From an uncultured Nitrososphaeraceae archaeon (GTDB lineage Archaea > Thermoproteota > Nitrososphaeria > Nitrososphaerales > Nitrososphaeraceae): a DNA stretch of 64,000 bases. Positions within the stretch are counted from its first letter, which is position 1, and each line of letters opens with the position of its first letter. A program made the position numbers and the translations under genes. Shown here piece by piece: positions 11,032 to 23,884 of the stretch. The notes under the pieces are model-generated. The model saw nothing but the letters and a program-made list of their open reading frames with translations. It was not told the origin of the DNA and did not search any database. The stretch covers positions 129,055 to 193,054 of the forward strand of contig CAWIMJ010000034.1 in NCBI GenBank assembly GCA_963837175.1, in the 5' to 3' direction.

Positions 11032-11702
11032 ATCAAACTACGCTTCTATAATTACTCTCATATAAAACTCCTACATATAGAGGAGACTCTAGACTACTAC
11101 TTGTGCCAACAATGGCTGCTCATTGTTTTCCTCTTGTAGTGGATTTAGGCCCATCTAGAGAATTTGAAGCATTAGACATATTCGTAAACAAGGTCATAAA
11201 GAAATTATCTGATAATGGAAAATGAGAGAGAAAACCTTCATATGCACCATAAATTTGGCAGAACCACAATAGCCAATATCAACCCAATAAGAAAGAAACT
11301 GAAGTCCTGAAGTTAACGTAAGATGTAACCTATTGAAAAACGTTTTAAGGATATACCAGTGTAGAATGTTTCTTTGGATCAGTCAAAACTTTATATATTT
11401 ATAGCTTTATGGCCGCTCATTTGGGCAGGGATGAAATGAGGAGAAATGAGAGCTTTCAGGACTTTTGTCGTTCTTATAGTTATTGTTAATAGTAAATCTG
11501 CTCATATGAAAGAATGGTAATAAAGGACAGATTACGATATTAAGTCTATTCTGGGAGTAACTGTAACAAAGCTCTGATGTTTAGATATGAAAATATCTGA
11601 ACCCCCTCATGAATGGTTTTCTATTTGTTGTCTCGGCAAATTACCGATAAAGCGATTAAGTATTCGAGAATATTTTTCTTTTTCCATGCCTAGTAAAAGA
11701 GT

Positions 11703-11733
11703 TGAACCCCTTTACCACAAGGGATATAATCCC
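11703..11733 (+). repeat. Dispersed ~30-bp repeat copy 1
   Basis: TGAACCCCTTTACCACAAGGGATATAATCCC; also at 28682 and 58771. Confidence 0.85.
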
Positions 11734-11829
11734 GCCCAGTCCACTAAACCATATGCCAGAAAAGTGCTCTCTTGTTTTTATATATAGATTAGTCAAAAAG
11801 TTGACCCATAACTCATTGCACCTGGGCTA

Positions 11830-12763
11830 CTATGTATATTTTTTCAAGAATGCCAATGTCTTTTGCCAAGCATCTACAGTTTCATTTGGAGCATAATTAC
11901 CTCCGGAAGGATTTGCAAATGCATGTCCTAATCCTTTGTATATGTGAATTTCATTTGATATACCAGTACCATCTAGTGCTGTTTTGAATTGTTGTATCTT
12001 TGACAATGGAATAGCTTGGTCTTTATCTCCAAATATTCCAAGCACAGGCCATTTTATCTTTGAGAGTTCTTGTTTATCTGTGACCAATGGAGTTCCATAG
12101 TATAATATAGTTGCGACTAATGGATGTTGTTCGCTATGTAATGCTAGTTGCAGCGATTGTCCTCCACCAAAACACCAACCAACAGAAGCTATTTTAGAAC
12201 TATCAACGAAAGGAAGGGAGCTTACGTACTTTACTGCTGCTTGTAAATTAGAAATAGATTGTTCAGGATTATTACTGGCTGCCCTTACTAGTTGCATAGC
12301 CTGGTTCTGTTCTTTAGCTGACTGACCTTTGAATAAATCAGCTGCCAATACTACATAGCCTTGCTTAGCAAGGGTGTTGGCCATACTTCGTATATTGTCG
12401 TTTATGCCCCACCATTCATGAATCATTATTACTGCTGGAAATTTCTTGTCAGTAGTAGATGAAGGGTACACGAGGTAACCCAAACTACTGTCAAAATAAT
12501 TGACTCCTGTTTTGATTTGTAAGCCTTGAGTTGTATTACTACTATTAGAGGTAATGGTATTAGCTGTAGCGCTAGACACTGTGGTATTATTTATAAAGTT
12601 GCTATCATTGTTGTTATTATTAGTTGCTAAAGCAGTCAACATAGGCAGCATTTGTTTGAGCATATGCAAATGGTATCACCCTATAGTTGGCCATGCTCAT
12701 CGGCAAGACTAAAGATCCAATAATTAACGATAGAGAAAGTAAAACTTGGATAATTTTTTTCAT
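11830..12763 (-). CDS. Dienelactone hydrolase; signal peptide separated by a frameshift ~12635
   Basis: IHEWWG, GWCFGG, GHAFAN; upstream frame MKKIIQVLLSLSLIIGSLVLP...AYAQ starts at 12763. Confidence 0.85.
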
Positions 12764-13460
12764 TAATGTATTAGTGATCGTAATTACTTTTCTATGTTAT
12801 CCTTTATTGAACACCAACATACTGAAGGATGCTGGATAGTATAAAAAAATATTCTGCGATTGTTAAGAACGCAAGTCTACTGTAATCTTTGGATTTACTG
12901 CAAGAATTGTAATCATTATCCGCTTAGATATGGAAGGCAGTTAACCACTTCACTTCTTTTTTATATAAAAGCGACTTCAGATTAACAATTATTTTTGTTA
13001 TACTTGAAAATGCATACACATATTTTTTATAAAGGAGATAATGCATAATTTGAATTCATCTGGGCATAATTTCAAGTAAAAAGAATAAGCTATCTTGTAG
13101 AGATATGTATAGTTATAGATATGTATAGGGATTCTATCTAATATTTTGTGCTGCTTACTAATATATTTGGTAATTTCTAGTTGGTACAAGTTTTATAGCT
13201 CTTAAACAATAATAGTATTGGGTAGTAAATAGACACAGAACAACATAAGTCAGACATAAAAAGAAGATAATATAAGTCAAAAGAATCTGATTATCATCAA
13301 GATGATAAACAACTAGAAGGAGAGCAAGCCAAAGAAACTCACAAACGAGCAATAAACCAAATTTTTGACATCAAGTATATTTTACTACATTTCTTGTGTA
13401 TGAAAGTAACACAGAGCAATGGTAGATTTATAATAGATAACTTATAGTCTAATACTTATA

Positions 13461-14126
13461 TTGATACAAGCAAGAAAAAATTCTCTATCAGTTATATCAG
13501 CAGCAATGCTGGCATCAGGAATAGTCTTAATAGCTTCGTTAGATGCAATGCAATATAATGCCGTAGCATATCCGCAACAACAAGAAGGATATTCTCATTA
13601 TGGTATGATGAAGCCGCCAGGAGTATACGCAGCTGGAACCATAGCAGGCTTGCAAAATGATCAGAATGGTAATCCTACATGGATAGTCTCAGGTTACTGG
13701 AAAGGCAGCTTGACAATGGATAATAAGACAGAAGGAGGAGGAGGAGGAACAGGCAATCAAACTACCATCACTACTACTGCTACTGCAAATACTAATAGTA
13801 CCGCTACTACTGCTAATAACCTCACCACTGCAAGATTCAATGCTATGTTCAATATGGTTATGACAGATGGTTCTGCTATGCACAAACATGCAATTTATAA
13901 CTTCAAACTTATGAATATGTCTAACCCAAATAATACAACATCGGTATTTAATGGAACTGCTACTATAACTATGAAAGACGGACCAGTAGATAGCGTTCCT
14001 GTTAGTATAAAGCGTATAGATGACAATGTCATAAGTATATGGGCAGATCCGGCTAAGGTCAATAATCACTTTGGAACCACCCCAATATATGGTACAATTA
14101 TGAAAAGTGTAATAGTAAAGAAATAA
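13461..14126 (+). CDS. Secreted hypothetical protein (paralog of 44388-44996)
   Basis: Signal peptide, Thr/Gly linker, HKHAIYNF...ISIW.D...NNHFGTTPIYG. Confidence 0.8.
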   Translation: MIQARKNSLSVISAAMLASGIVLIASLDAMQYNAVAYPQQQEGYSHYGMMKPPGVYAAGTIAGLQNDQNGNPTWIVSGYWKGSLTMDNKTEGGGGGTGNQTTITTTATANTNSTATTANNLTTARFNAMFNMVMTDGSAMHKHAIYNFKLMNMSNPNNTTSVFNGTATITMKDGPVDSVPVSIKRIDDNVISIWADPAKVNNHFGTTPIYGTIMKSVIVKK

Positions 14127-14289
14127 CATTAGCTGCTTAATGTTCTCAGTAGTAGAACAGCAGTATCCTGAGAACCGGTACTTCTTTCTTTATAACGTTA
14201 TCTGTAACTATATCTAATGCCTTAAGTTCTCTGGACGGCTCTACGTGCACTATAAGATACTGAATACCAGGTTCTTCAAGCCAGACGGC

Positions 14290-14430
14290 AAAAATACAAA
14301 GCCCAGCAGCAACAAGAATGGCTATCTTCCAAAGCATACAACTCTTTTCCGAAAAGAAACTCATTAGAAGTAGCGATTGCAGTAAACCTGAGAGAGTCAG
14401 AGGCAACTAAATTCTGTAGAGGGTAAACAT
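14290..14430 (+). pseudogene. Remnant of a helix-turn-helix-like hypothetical family recalled as multicopy in Nitrososphaeraceae
   Basis: LSSKAYN...LEVAIAVNLRESEATKF; recognition from memory only. Confidence 0.4.
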
Positions 14431-14574
14431 TTAGCTTGAAAATCTGCTGTTTACACTTGCGACGGCTTACAAGACGGTCAAACATCTTCCGACTATCAGA
14501 AAAATCCCTGATGAATTATATGGGATGGAGATCGGACTAATAATTCCACCAGAAAAATAAAATAAGACTATACG

Positions 14575-14705
14575 GCGTCCACTAGTTTAACTAGTGGGCT
14601 TTGCTAGAACAACATTACTATAATTTTAGTTACTGAATAATAGTAAAAAGAAGATAACTTGTCCGACTAACATTCGAAGACATGTGGCTTCCCCTGCAAG
14701 ACTAC
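14575..14705 (-). mobile_element. IS200/IS605-like end hairpin remnants
   Basis: Perfect hairpin CCACTAGT-TTA-ACTAGTGG at 14579-14597 read as AAGCCCAC...GTGG on minus; second GGGGAAGCCACATGTCTTC near 14677-14695; no transposase seen. Confidence 0.4.
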
Positions 14706-15609
14706 TTTGATAGGCTAAGAGATAGCCCCGTGGTTTGCCCATATCATCCTACGCTCATACTCCCCACTTTTGGAGTGGTTAACCTACTGCTTAGAATGAC
14801 ATACATCATTTCTGAAGCGAATGCAAGCCTTTACTTGCAAACGTGGACCAAAATGATGTATAATCTACTCTTTCGGTCAGTCGGAGATTATACCTTTGAA
14901 TAAACCTATATTTAACTATCCTTGTTAAAATTAATTTATCTAGTAATTTGAGTCTATTCACTTTACAATAAATTTATAGCCAAAGACACTCACTTCTTTT
15001 TCTTTCTAATTGTTAGATTCAAAAAAAGAGGTATGATAGCAATATCGCTGGTGCTATTATCTTATGTTGTGAATATCATAGCTAATAACATATCAATAAA
15101 TTTTACATGACAAATAAGAGAAGAGATATAGAACATTACTTGAATATGATAATATAAAAAAAGAGTTGCAGTTATAGAATCAGTGGGTAGCAGCAGATGC
15201 TTCGAAGATTAAAATTGATCATCTTTAATTCTTAATTCTCCCTTCTACTCAGGATATTTTTAATTTTTTCGGCTAAACTGAGAGAAACTGAGACAATATT
15301 ATGCACAAGATTCTCTATTTGTTCAAGTCTTACTAAATATACAGTAATATCTATCTTATCTAAATCCATACTTTATGTTGGCTTCATCCTTCTAAAAAGA
15401 TAATAATCTGGCTTGAATAAGAAGTGAAAATACAATAATCTGATAATATCTCTAGGATGTGAAAACCTTCACTGTATGACCGTGTGGCTCGGTAACATGC
15501 TGTAAACAAATTCTATCCCAGAGACACATAAAAATTCTTTAAAAATAAGAAATATCTCTTTCTCTGGGTGTGGTTATATGTTTTACAATAGAAGAGGACT
15601 GAGTTACTA

Positions 15610-15860
15610 TCAGCTATCAATTCTGCAATAAACAACATCTGATGCATCCACTATTTTTCCAATATATTTTCCACTGCATTTGTCACTTAAAATATTAAAT
15701 TTACCTCTACCTTTGTGTATTATCTTTGCCTCTATTACAGCTTCATCAATAACTAGAAAGCACCAGCAGGAGTATTTTTCTGCTACTATACTGCTTCTAA
15801 CATCATTACATGGTTCCAATATAGTCTTATTGTACTTTCCAAGCTGAATTATGGAAATAA
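15610..15860 (-). CDS. Small hypothetical protein (3' part of ORF 15610-16071)
   Basis: Protein-like C-terminus EAKIIHKGRGKFNILSD...GKIVDASDV; true start uncertain. Confidence 0.4.
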
Positions 15861-16089
15861 TGATCTTCTCCTTAAGAAAATTACCAATCACAGACGCATT
15901 AGCAAATTTTTTTCTTGCTAGAAGTATTGTGGTTAGCTGTATCAATAATATGAATAATGAGTTAATAGATTTAAACATTATTCTACTTAATCTTAACGTC
16001 TGTAAAGCATTATTTGAAGGTACTTTGTAATTATAAGTTCTATACCCTATTTTAGAATCGATATTTATCAACTGTAAAAGCTATAGTTT

Positions 16090-16344
16090 TTGAAAGATTT
16101 TAAACAATGTTATAATCCTGAAAATAGACACAGAAGAAAGGAAACAGAAAGATTCAAGAGTTTTACATATGACGAACTTTTAAAAAGAGATAGAGTCAAT
16201 CTTGATATTTTCTGGTTGAGAGATGAAAGCCTTGAAGAATCAGATAATCTTTCTCCACCAAATATTATAGCACAGAAGATAGTGGAAAATCCAGAAGCGG
16301 CCGTAGAATTTTCTCAAATTGAAGAAAGCTTAACAATAAAATAA
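16090..16344 (+). pseudogene. hsdM: Type I R-M methyltransferase (HsdM) C-terminal fragment
   Basis: YDELLKRDRVNLDIFWLRDESLEESDNL.PP.IIA..IVEN. Confidence 0.8.
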
Positions 16345-16381
16345 TGTATCGATATAATATAATTAATATAATCAACTCCAA

Positions 16382-16530
16382 ATGTCTTCTGGAACCAACA
16401 ATAAAAATGATAATTCCAAACTTCATGAACTAAAAATTCAAAATGTAATTACAACTCAGACTTAAAACAACTGATAGATATTACTAAGTTCAACGAATTT
16501 CATTGGGGAAGGTTATGATATTACATGATG
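16382..16530 (+). pseudogene. TATA-binding protein-like N-terminal remnant
   Basis: LKIQNVITT / DLKQLIDITKF across a frameshift resembles TBP I.NVVAT.DL...IDL. Confidence 0.5.
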
Positions 16531-16619
16531 CAGGCGGAAGAATTCTGATATTGAAGAATATAAGTCATTAGATCTTTTGTCTTATCCCCCTCAAAATCCA
16601 AAGACAATAATCGGCATTT

Positions 16620-17470
16620 ATTAGTGAATAAGGGAAATCACTGTACTTGAGCCTGCTTGTGGAAGTGGTCATTTCTTAACATCGGCCATGAAAGAGCTAT
16701 TTTGATTCATAAGATCTTTATTTTTTTCATCTAACAAGAAAATGAGTAACTATGAAATAAAGATGGACATAATTACTGGTAGTCTAGTTGGGGTCGATAT
16801 AGAGAGTTCTGGAGTAGAGATTACTCAAGGTCATAGTTAAGTCTCATTGACGATTTCGATGTTAGCAGAGAGGAAAGAGAAATAGATACACTTCCCAAGA
16901 TCGATATAACGTTGAAGAAGGTGGTGCCTTACCTGGTTTTAGCTCACTGCCTACTGCGGAGCAAATGGGAATAGATGAAGATGATACAACTATTACAACA
17001 ATATTTAGAGAAATTGATGAGATAAAGAGAAGTTTTAGAATGAATCCCCATCCTCAGCACGCAAAAGAAATAAAAAAGATTATTGAAGAACTAATTAATC
17101 CTTACAATAATGCTTTAAATTGGAGGCTTATTACGAACTTTAGTTGAACATAAAATTAGATTCTCAATTGAAGAGATATCTCAATTAAATCCATTTCATT
17201 GGAGATTAAAATTCACTGAAGTGTTCAGAATGAAGGAAGGCTTTGACGCGATTGTGGGCAATCCACCCTATGTTGAGCGTAGTAAACTAAATTATCCAAC
17301 AGCATTATTCAATATCAATAGCTGTGGTAATACATATGCATACTTCTTTGAAATATTGCTCAAATCTTGAATTCTAACGGTTATTTGGGATTCATCGTGC
17401 CCGTTCTAGCATTTCTATCGATAGAACGATACCACTCCAGGAGATACTTATGACAAAGTGTAGTCGAATC
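16620..17470 (+). pseudogene. Type IIG/Eco57I-like N6-adenine methyltransferase remnant
   Basis: VLEPACGSGHFL, GVDI, FHW.L.F.EVF...GFDAIVGNPPYV, NTYAYFFE with multiple stops and shifts. Confidence 0.85.
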
Positions 17471-18337
17471 AATGCAGGAAATAACAGTAAAGGAAAATAG
17501 CAAATCTACATACAGCATCGATTTTATTTCTAAAATAATAAGATCTATTGCTAATCATTCTTCATCTAATCTAGTCACACTAAAACATTCCTCAAATAAG
17601 CCTCTGAAATTATAGAACTACTCTGTCAGATGCGGTAAAATTGCAATTCTACCTAGCACCTAGAATACAAGTTCAATTGATAACCACATACTATTGGATC
17701 CTACAATCAAAATTTAAAACATCATAATTTCAAAAATGCACAAATATACAATAGGAAAAACTCTGGTAAGAACCTCTTTCTTTCATATACTTGATTTGGA
17801 CATTTACCGACAATTCATGGTATGATAATAATTTGGTTTAGTTTCGCAACCTGTATTACATGTGTGACGTTTTCAGATTGCATTTTATTCAATACTCAAT
17901 GGGTAAATTTTTCTCTGCAATATGAAACAAACTCTAAGCAATAAGATTATCCCCGAGTAAAAAATTGTATATAATGAATATAAATAGAAATGAAGAAGAA
18001 TTTTAAGCATCAGTCGATTAAGAACAGATATTGGTTGTTTATTTTTATTGAACCCATAGAAGATTCTATTTAGAAGTGGTCGTATCCATATGGCTAATTC
18101 GTTTAGTCCACTAACGATACGGCTTTATGTATTGCATGAATAATATCCAATTTTTACATGCGAGGGACTTATCGAAAATATTATTAAATGTATATACTAC
18201 TTTTTGATAAAAGAACATAGAGTCGATTTAAAAACTCTGACAAGACCGGTTTCCGCCAGTAATCTTAAAAGATTTTAGAAAAAAGACGGATCAAAATAGT
18301 AAAATAACAGTAAATTCGATTTGGTTGCACAATTCAC

Positions 18338-18496
18338 CTAATCTTCTTTAAAGAAAGGTCTAAACTGAATATCGAAACCAGGGGAATCATTAGCAAATTG
18401 CTTTATTGTGATCATTTCACATATTTTGTCTTGGAGCTTTGAATGTTCAGCCAATTTCTTTTTACAAACAGGACATATCATCGTTTCATGACTCAT
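18338..18496 (-). pseudogene. Small Zn-finger protein, frameshifted
   Basis: MICPVCK / KLAEHSKLQDKICE (CxxC..H..C). Confidence 0.5.
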
Positions 18497-19276
18497 TATA
18501 TAACAATAACAAATGATCTTAAATCACAATTATAAAGATTTAAGAAGTATAAAAGCAGATCCAAATAATAAAATGAGAAAAGAACTGAACTCACCAACTG
18601 AAAAATACTGAAGAAGAAAAAATTAAGGAATATAGTGACAATATAAAATAACATCGATCTAGCATAGCATCAAATTAATGGAATTCAATTCTAATGTTTT
18701 TGGGTATGCTACTGAAAGGTAAGGTTGATGACCATAAGTAGCGATATCGTAAGCATTTTGATACATAGAGATTTGGCGCAACTTTATTGCTATTAGATAA
18801 TTTATACATCAAAGGATTCTCGTAGTGCATTTGTCCTTTTGGAGATTCAAACTCATACCCTTGAGAGGCTATTGGATCTGCTCTTTGTTCTTCGAATGGT
18901 CATTCATCTCCTTTGTATAATTGAAATATTTCTGATTTGCAGACTACGGTTACTTTTATCTTATGCTACTTAGGTTCAAATGCTATAATTCCAAAATCTT
19001 AAAGTTGCTTAAATTAATTACTTTACGAAGCTTTACTACATAGAAGAAAGTAGATGGTTATAAGGAAATATTTTACTACCATTGATGAAATCAAACGGTA
19101 TCAGAATCATTCCTATTTTGTCCCAGCGGCAATATTGATTCTTTGATCCATCATGATTCATAGATTATAACATGAAGATATATTTATTGGGTTACTATTA
19201 GAATTTAGGAGCAATATATGTAACGTTTTAAAATCTATATTGTGCACATATCGCTTTTCTTATTTTCTGTAAATTT

Positions 19277-19668
19277 TTATACCATTTCTTCTGTACCATA
19301 AAAAACACTTGATTTTAATATTAACTCATCTTTGAATTCAAATTTTTCAATTACAGACCATTTAATTTTGTTATCAGGGGTGGCATAATATTCTAATATT
19401 ATAATATTTTCCTTGATTACAAGATCTATCGGTGTAAAATGTAGGCTTGAGAACTTCTTTAATCCTAAAGAAAAATATTCCTGCAAATCCTTCTTGTTGG
19501 TAATTACAGCAGTAGTTCTATCAGGATAGACTATTTTTATTTTAGGACTACGAAACTTAATCTCTCCAGAGTAAAGAGAAAGAAGTGCTTTTAAGTATGG
19601 GTGTTCCAAGCCTTAATCCATTGATCAACATGATCTTTGGCAAAAAATTCAGTGATTGGCATTCTCAT
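19277..19668 (-). pseudogene. SnoaL-like/NTF2 family protein, frameshift ~19595
   Basis: FAKDHVDQWIKAWN / LKALLSLYSGEIKFRSP...LQEYFSLGL. Confidence 0.75.
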
Positions 19669-20232
19669 CACCTTCGAATTATAAATCATAGTTCATCTAT
19701 AATATTTTTGTGTATAATTTCTGTAATGTTCAAGTACTTGGGAGACAAGAACCAGTGCTAAAGTAAAAAGGCATTGAAAAAGTAAATAGATAATAATAGT
19801 AACCAAGAACGAGCCAATGATAGTAAAAAATATTGAAGATTAATTATAATATAAAAAAACATTTATTTAAATGCATACGGATAACTTCAACGCAATATTA
19901 AAGTAAGGAAATCTTTGATAAACAACAGTAAATTATCAGCAGACAATCTCATTATGAGATAGACTTCTAGGATTATAATTGTATCGGCATGCGAATAGAA
20001 AATCTTGATTAATTGGGATAAGTCTTATTTTTATTTATTTTGATAAGCCTAATCTATTTTGGAGTATAATAAAACAAGCTAAGTATATAGAATTGCCAAA
20101 CCTGTCTTGATTTATTGCCAATAGCATTTTAAATCGCATAACAGCATAATTTAAAGTTTGAAATCTTTTATGCTACTAGTATTATATATACCGCTATAAA
20201 ACAATTGCCTTCGATACAAAAAATGAAGTAAT

Positions 20233-20964
20233 ATGACAACTGTACTCGAATATAAGAAATTAGGATTAAGATTCTATAGTATTTGTCCTAAAACATCAAA
20301 CACCATATCGAAGAGAGAAACGATTTTAGATCCATATGGAGTCAGCATAGTAGGATACTTTGAAGATCAACAACAAAAGTACGATGATGTAATTAAACAT
20401 CTAGAAGACTTAGGGCTTGGTTTTGTACGAGTAAAAAAATTACACTTTACTCTTCTATCCCTTTTTGACGAAAAAAGAAAACAGAATCCGTTCTATTTAC
20501 GATCAACAATCACCGCAGTTAAAAAATTCTTTGAAGGATATAAAAGCGAATTGAGCGGTCCTCTGAATATTAAAATTAATCTCATTCGACCTGGTTCATG
20601 GTATAATAATGATATGAAGGAAATTCGTATGCTTAGTGATGGTACAGTAGTAGCAATGGCTGATCTAGAGGATTCTGATACTCAAAAGTTTACAAGAGTA
20701 GGTAATCTTCTTGCAAGATATCTACAAGAAGAATTACCTTATATTTTTGATTTATCATTTGGGCGCAAATTTCCTTCAGCAGTATGGTGTACTCTGGGAT
20801 ATTTTGATCATGATGATTTTGAAATTACTGAAAACATAAGAGATTCATTTAATTTTATCACTAGAAACATCATAACTGTAAATATTAAAGAAGTACAGAT
20901 AATAGAATTCAACAAAAGAACACTTGAAGACGTTCGACCTATCGGGATCCCTTTTCCTTTGTGA
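20233..20964 (+). CDS. 2H-phosphoesterase-fold protein with degenerate second motif
   Basis: LHFTLL first HxT motif; WCTLGY at expected second motif. Confidence 0.55.
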   Translation: MTTVLEYKKLGLRFYSICPKTSNTISKRETILDPYGVSIVGYFEDQQQKYDDVIKHLEDLGLGFVRVKKLHFTLLSLFDEKRKQNPFYLRSTITAVKKFFEGYKSELSGPLNIKINLIRPGSWYNNDMKEIRMLSDGTVVAMADLEDSDTQKFTRVGNLLARYLQEELPYIFDLSFGRKFPSAVWCTLGYFDHDDFEITENIRDSFNFITRNIITVNIKEVQIIEFNKRTLEDVRPIGIPFPL

Positions 20965-21599
20965 TCATTCTTGATTTAATATCTAAAATACAGGTTAATA
21001 CATGATTTCACAATATCCTAATATGTAGATTCACAGATGAATCTAAAGAAATGAGTTTATGCTATTAGCTCCTGAGTATATCTGGATAAACAGCATATTA
21101 CTAAGCTGCAAGCCTGCATTATCAAACGCACAAATCCGGCAGGCAAACAGTTCTCACCATAACCAGCAAAAATATAATAAGAATTTTGCAAGATTGTGTT
21201 GGACGGTGATTAGATCTAAATAGATCTATAATAATCAATCCGAGATGATTTTGAAGCGCCATAAGCAAGCAGATGATATGTGTAGTCGATCATTTTCATA
21301 ATGCACAGACTATTTAAAATTAATCACTTAAAGATTCGGCTTCTCGATTGTATCAGACAATATCGACTTCTTCGATTATTTCGCCGATGTACCTAATAAA
21401 TATTGTCCTGAAATATGAGATAGACCTTGTTGCCTCCTACGAAGTGCTGAAAAATAGTTTAGTACCAGTAGAATAGTCCTCTCTATAATAAGATTTTTAT
21501 GTATCTAGATTTCACTATTATTGTGAAATTTATTTTATTATATCAGAGTTACTCAGCAAACCTCCGAGGGATGCGTCGAAATACGAAAAGGAGATTATA

Positions 21600-21869
21600 A
21601 TGAGATTTCCAAATTGGGTTTGTAGCGATTGTGGAAGACCTTTTGGCAGAAGATGGAATGGACAACGTCACCTACAAATTTGTCATCATGGATTTGGAGC
21701 CTTAGTGAGCTTTATAGACTACTTGTCAGGCAGACAATCGGGCTTTTACCCTTCAAGTTCTCCTCCTTCTTATAGAAGAAAGACGACTAGCTTTTTTGAT
21801 ATTTACAAGGATGAATTCAATAGAGCGCTAGCAAGGGAATCGGTCAATCGGTTTTTCCATCCACCTTAG
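21600..21869 (+). CDS. C2H2 Zn-finger protein
   Basis: CSDCGRPFGRRWNGQRHLQICH. Confidence 0.75.
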   Translation: MRFPNWVCSDCGRPFGRRWNGQRHLQICHHGFGALVSFIDYLSGRQSGFYPSSSPPSYRRKTTSFFDIYKDEFNRALARESVNRFFHPP

Positions 21870-21875
21870 CCAGGA

Positions 21876-22565
21876 ATGAAGAAAAATTTTAACATTGGCA
21901 ACCAGCTTGGACTTAATCGTCACCATCCAGAGGACGCAGAGAAAATATTTGGATTTAGAGCTAACGCATGCGAAAAATGCTTAACGACTGAATCGCTTAG
22001 GGTTTATTTTGTTGATAATCAAAAAAAGAATGTAACAAGGAGAGAGGAAAGACATATTTGTAATTCCCAATGGGTAGAGGAGGCGAAACAGCTAGGTAGC
22101 AGAGACATTTATGCCAAAGAAGCGTATGGTAAATTGCCAGAATACTTGAAAAAAACAATAAAAGGATGGACAAAAAACAAAGCTTACCTAACTGCAATAG
22201 AATTACCACGCTATCCGCCAGATAATGCTATTAAATTAATGCAAACGATAAACCCGCAAAACTCAATCACATTACAATACTCCAATGAGAAAATTATCGA
22301 ATTAGTATCACCATCAAATGAGCAAAACGATTGGGCCACTAGAGCAATCAATAATAAACTGACCACATTAAATGATGAGGAAATAGGAGATTTCTGTCAG
22401 AAGGTCAAGGATGCAACATTTGCCTTCTTCAAGGTTAAGACAGAGGAAGAATCTACACACTTTTATCTAATGGTAATTGCAAAGAATAATAATAATGATA
22501 ATAATATTCAATCAACACTTTCTTTGGATGATGAGCAACGAAATCCTAAGACATTGCCAAATTAA
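21876..22565 (+). CDS. Hypothetical protein with CxxC..HxC; possibly split from upstream ORF
   Basis: CEKC and RHIC; same frame as 21600 ORF, 6 bp after its stop. Confidence 0.65.
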   Translation: MKKNFNIGNQLGLNRHHPEDAEKIFGFRANACEKCLTTESLRVYFVDNQKKNVTRREERHICNSQWVEEAKQLGSRDIYAKEAYGKLPEYLKKTIKGWTKNKAYLTAIELPRYPPDNAIKLMQTINPQNSITLQYSNEKIIELVSPSNEQNDWATRAINNKLTTLNDEEIGDFCQKVKDATFAFFKVKTEEESTHFYLMVIAKNNNNDNNIQSTLSLDDEQRNPKTLPN

Positions 22566-23884
22566 CACAATATGAGAATATCGTCAATGATAGCGGTATC
22601 ATAACAGAGGAATATTCTTTGATAAGTATTGCTAACAGCAATTCCTGAATTGATAAAAACGATAATAATAACATGTGAATTAGATTTTTTGTTTTGTTAT
22701 TCTGTTCTTCTATTATTCTTAAAATACTGCATTTGGATCTCTGATTTGCCAAATTTCTTCTTGTTTTAGTTTTTCATTTTTAAGGTGATCTTCTAATGCA
22801 CTTTCTAGTAATTTTTCTCTTCGGCCAATCTCTTGTTCTCTTATTCTAAGAGTCTCTTCATCACTTTGTACTTTTTTTGTATAATCTAAAAACTGTTTGT
22901 TAAAAACTTCTGAATCTATTAATTTTGATCTCATATAATAGCATTGCATTATCAGGTTCATAGACTTCATTAGTTCTTTTACCGCAATTTTTGGATTATC
23001 TATAATGAACCACAGATTTTTTCATTAGTTCCTGACACCCTCCAAGCAATTCTGTTGTTTATAATAATAACGGTAAGCAAGGTTTTTCCTTTTTGTGGCT
23101 GTACTATTCTGTTTTATAATAAAATCAATTTCTCTAGAAATAGTAGGTAGACTTAAATGTAAATTATTAGATTGTCATAATAAATACTCCACATTCATAA
23201 AATATTGATCAAAACATACTTAGTTTTTACTTGAAGATGCTCTAAGCTCAAAAAGCACTATTAAAATACCTATTAGATAATAAAAAATATTGGTATTTCA
23301 GCATTTACAACAGCTTAGGTGACTTTGATGTATAGGAAACTATAACATGATTTGTTTCATAAATTCATTGTTAACCTTGTAGAAATTTGCATGAGCTTTT
23401 AATATCATATATTCATATAAATTGACTTTGATTTTCTCATAAAATTATGAAAGGTCTACATACTCATCATGTAAAGGAGGATTTGCAACTACCGATGGAT
23501 CTTTTGTCCTTTAGTTCCTGTTCGTCATTTGGAGACGCCCATGGTCTAATACTTAAATCTGGTGTTCTACCTTCAGCCCAAGATTGAAGATACTCCAAAA
23601 GGTCTGGATCATCTGTCGCTCTACCATAAATTTGATTTGGATCAAGTCTCCATCTGTTTTTAGGTTTAAGTTGCCAACTGGTCAAGACAAGTCAACTAAG
23701 GTTAATTTGCGTTGTAACAACAGATTGAGCCAATTGATAATGTGTTTTAAAATACACTTCTGTTTTTTACATGGAAATGATCGTCAAAACATTCTGTTCT
23801 ATCGGAAGAGTATCTGGATATGAATAGATAACTGAAAAATATGCATATGAATCCTTATCTATCTACTGCTTCTTGATGATGATT

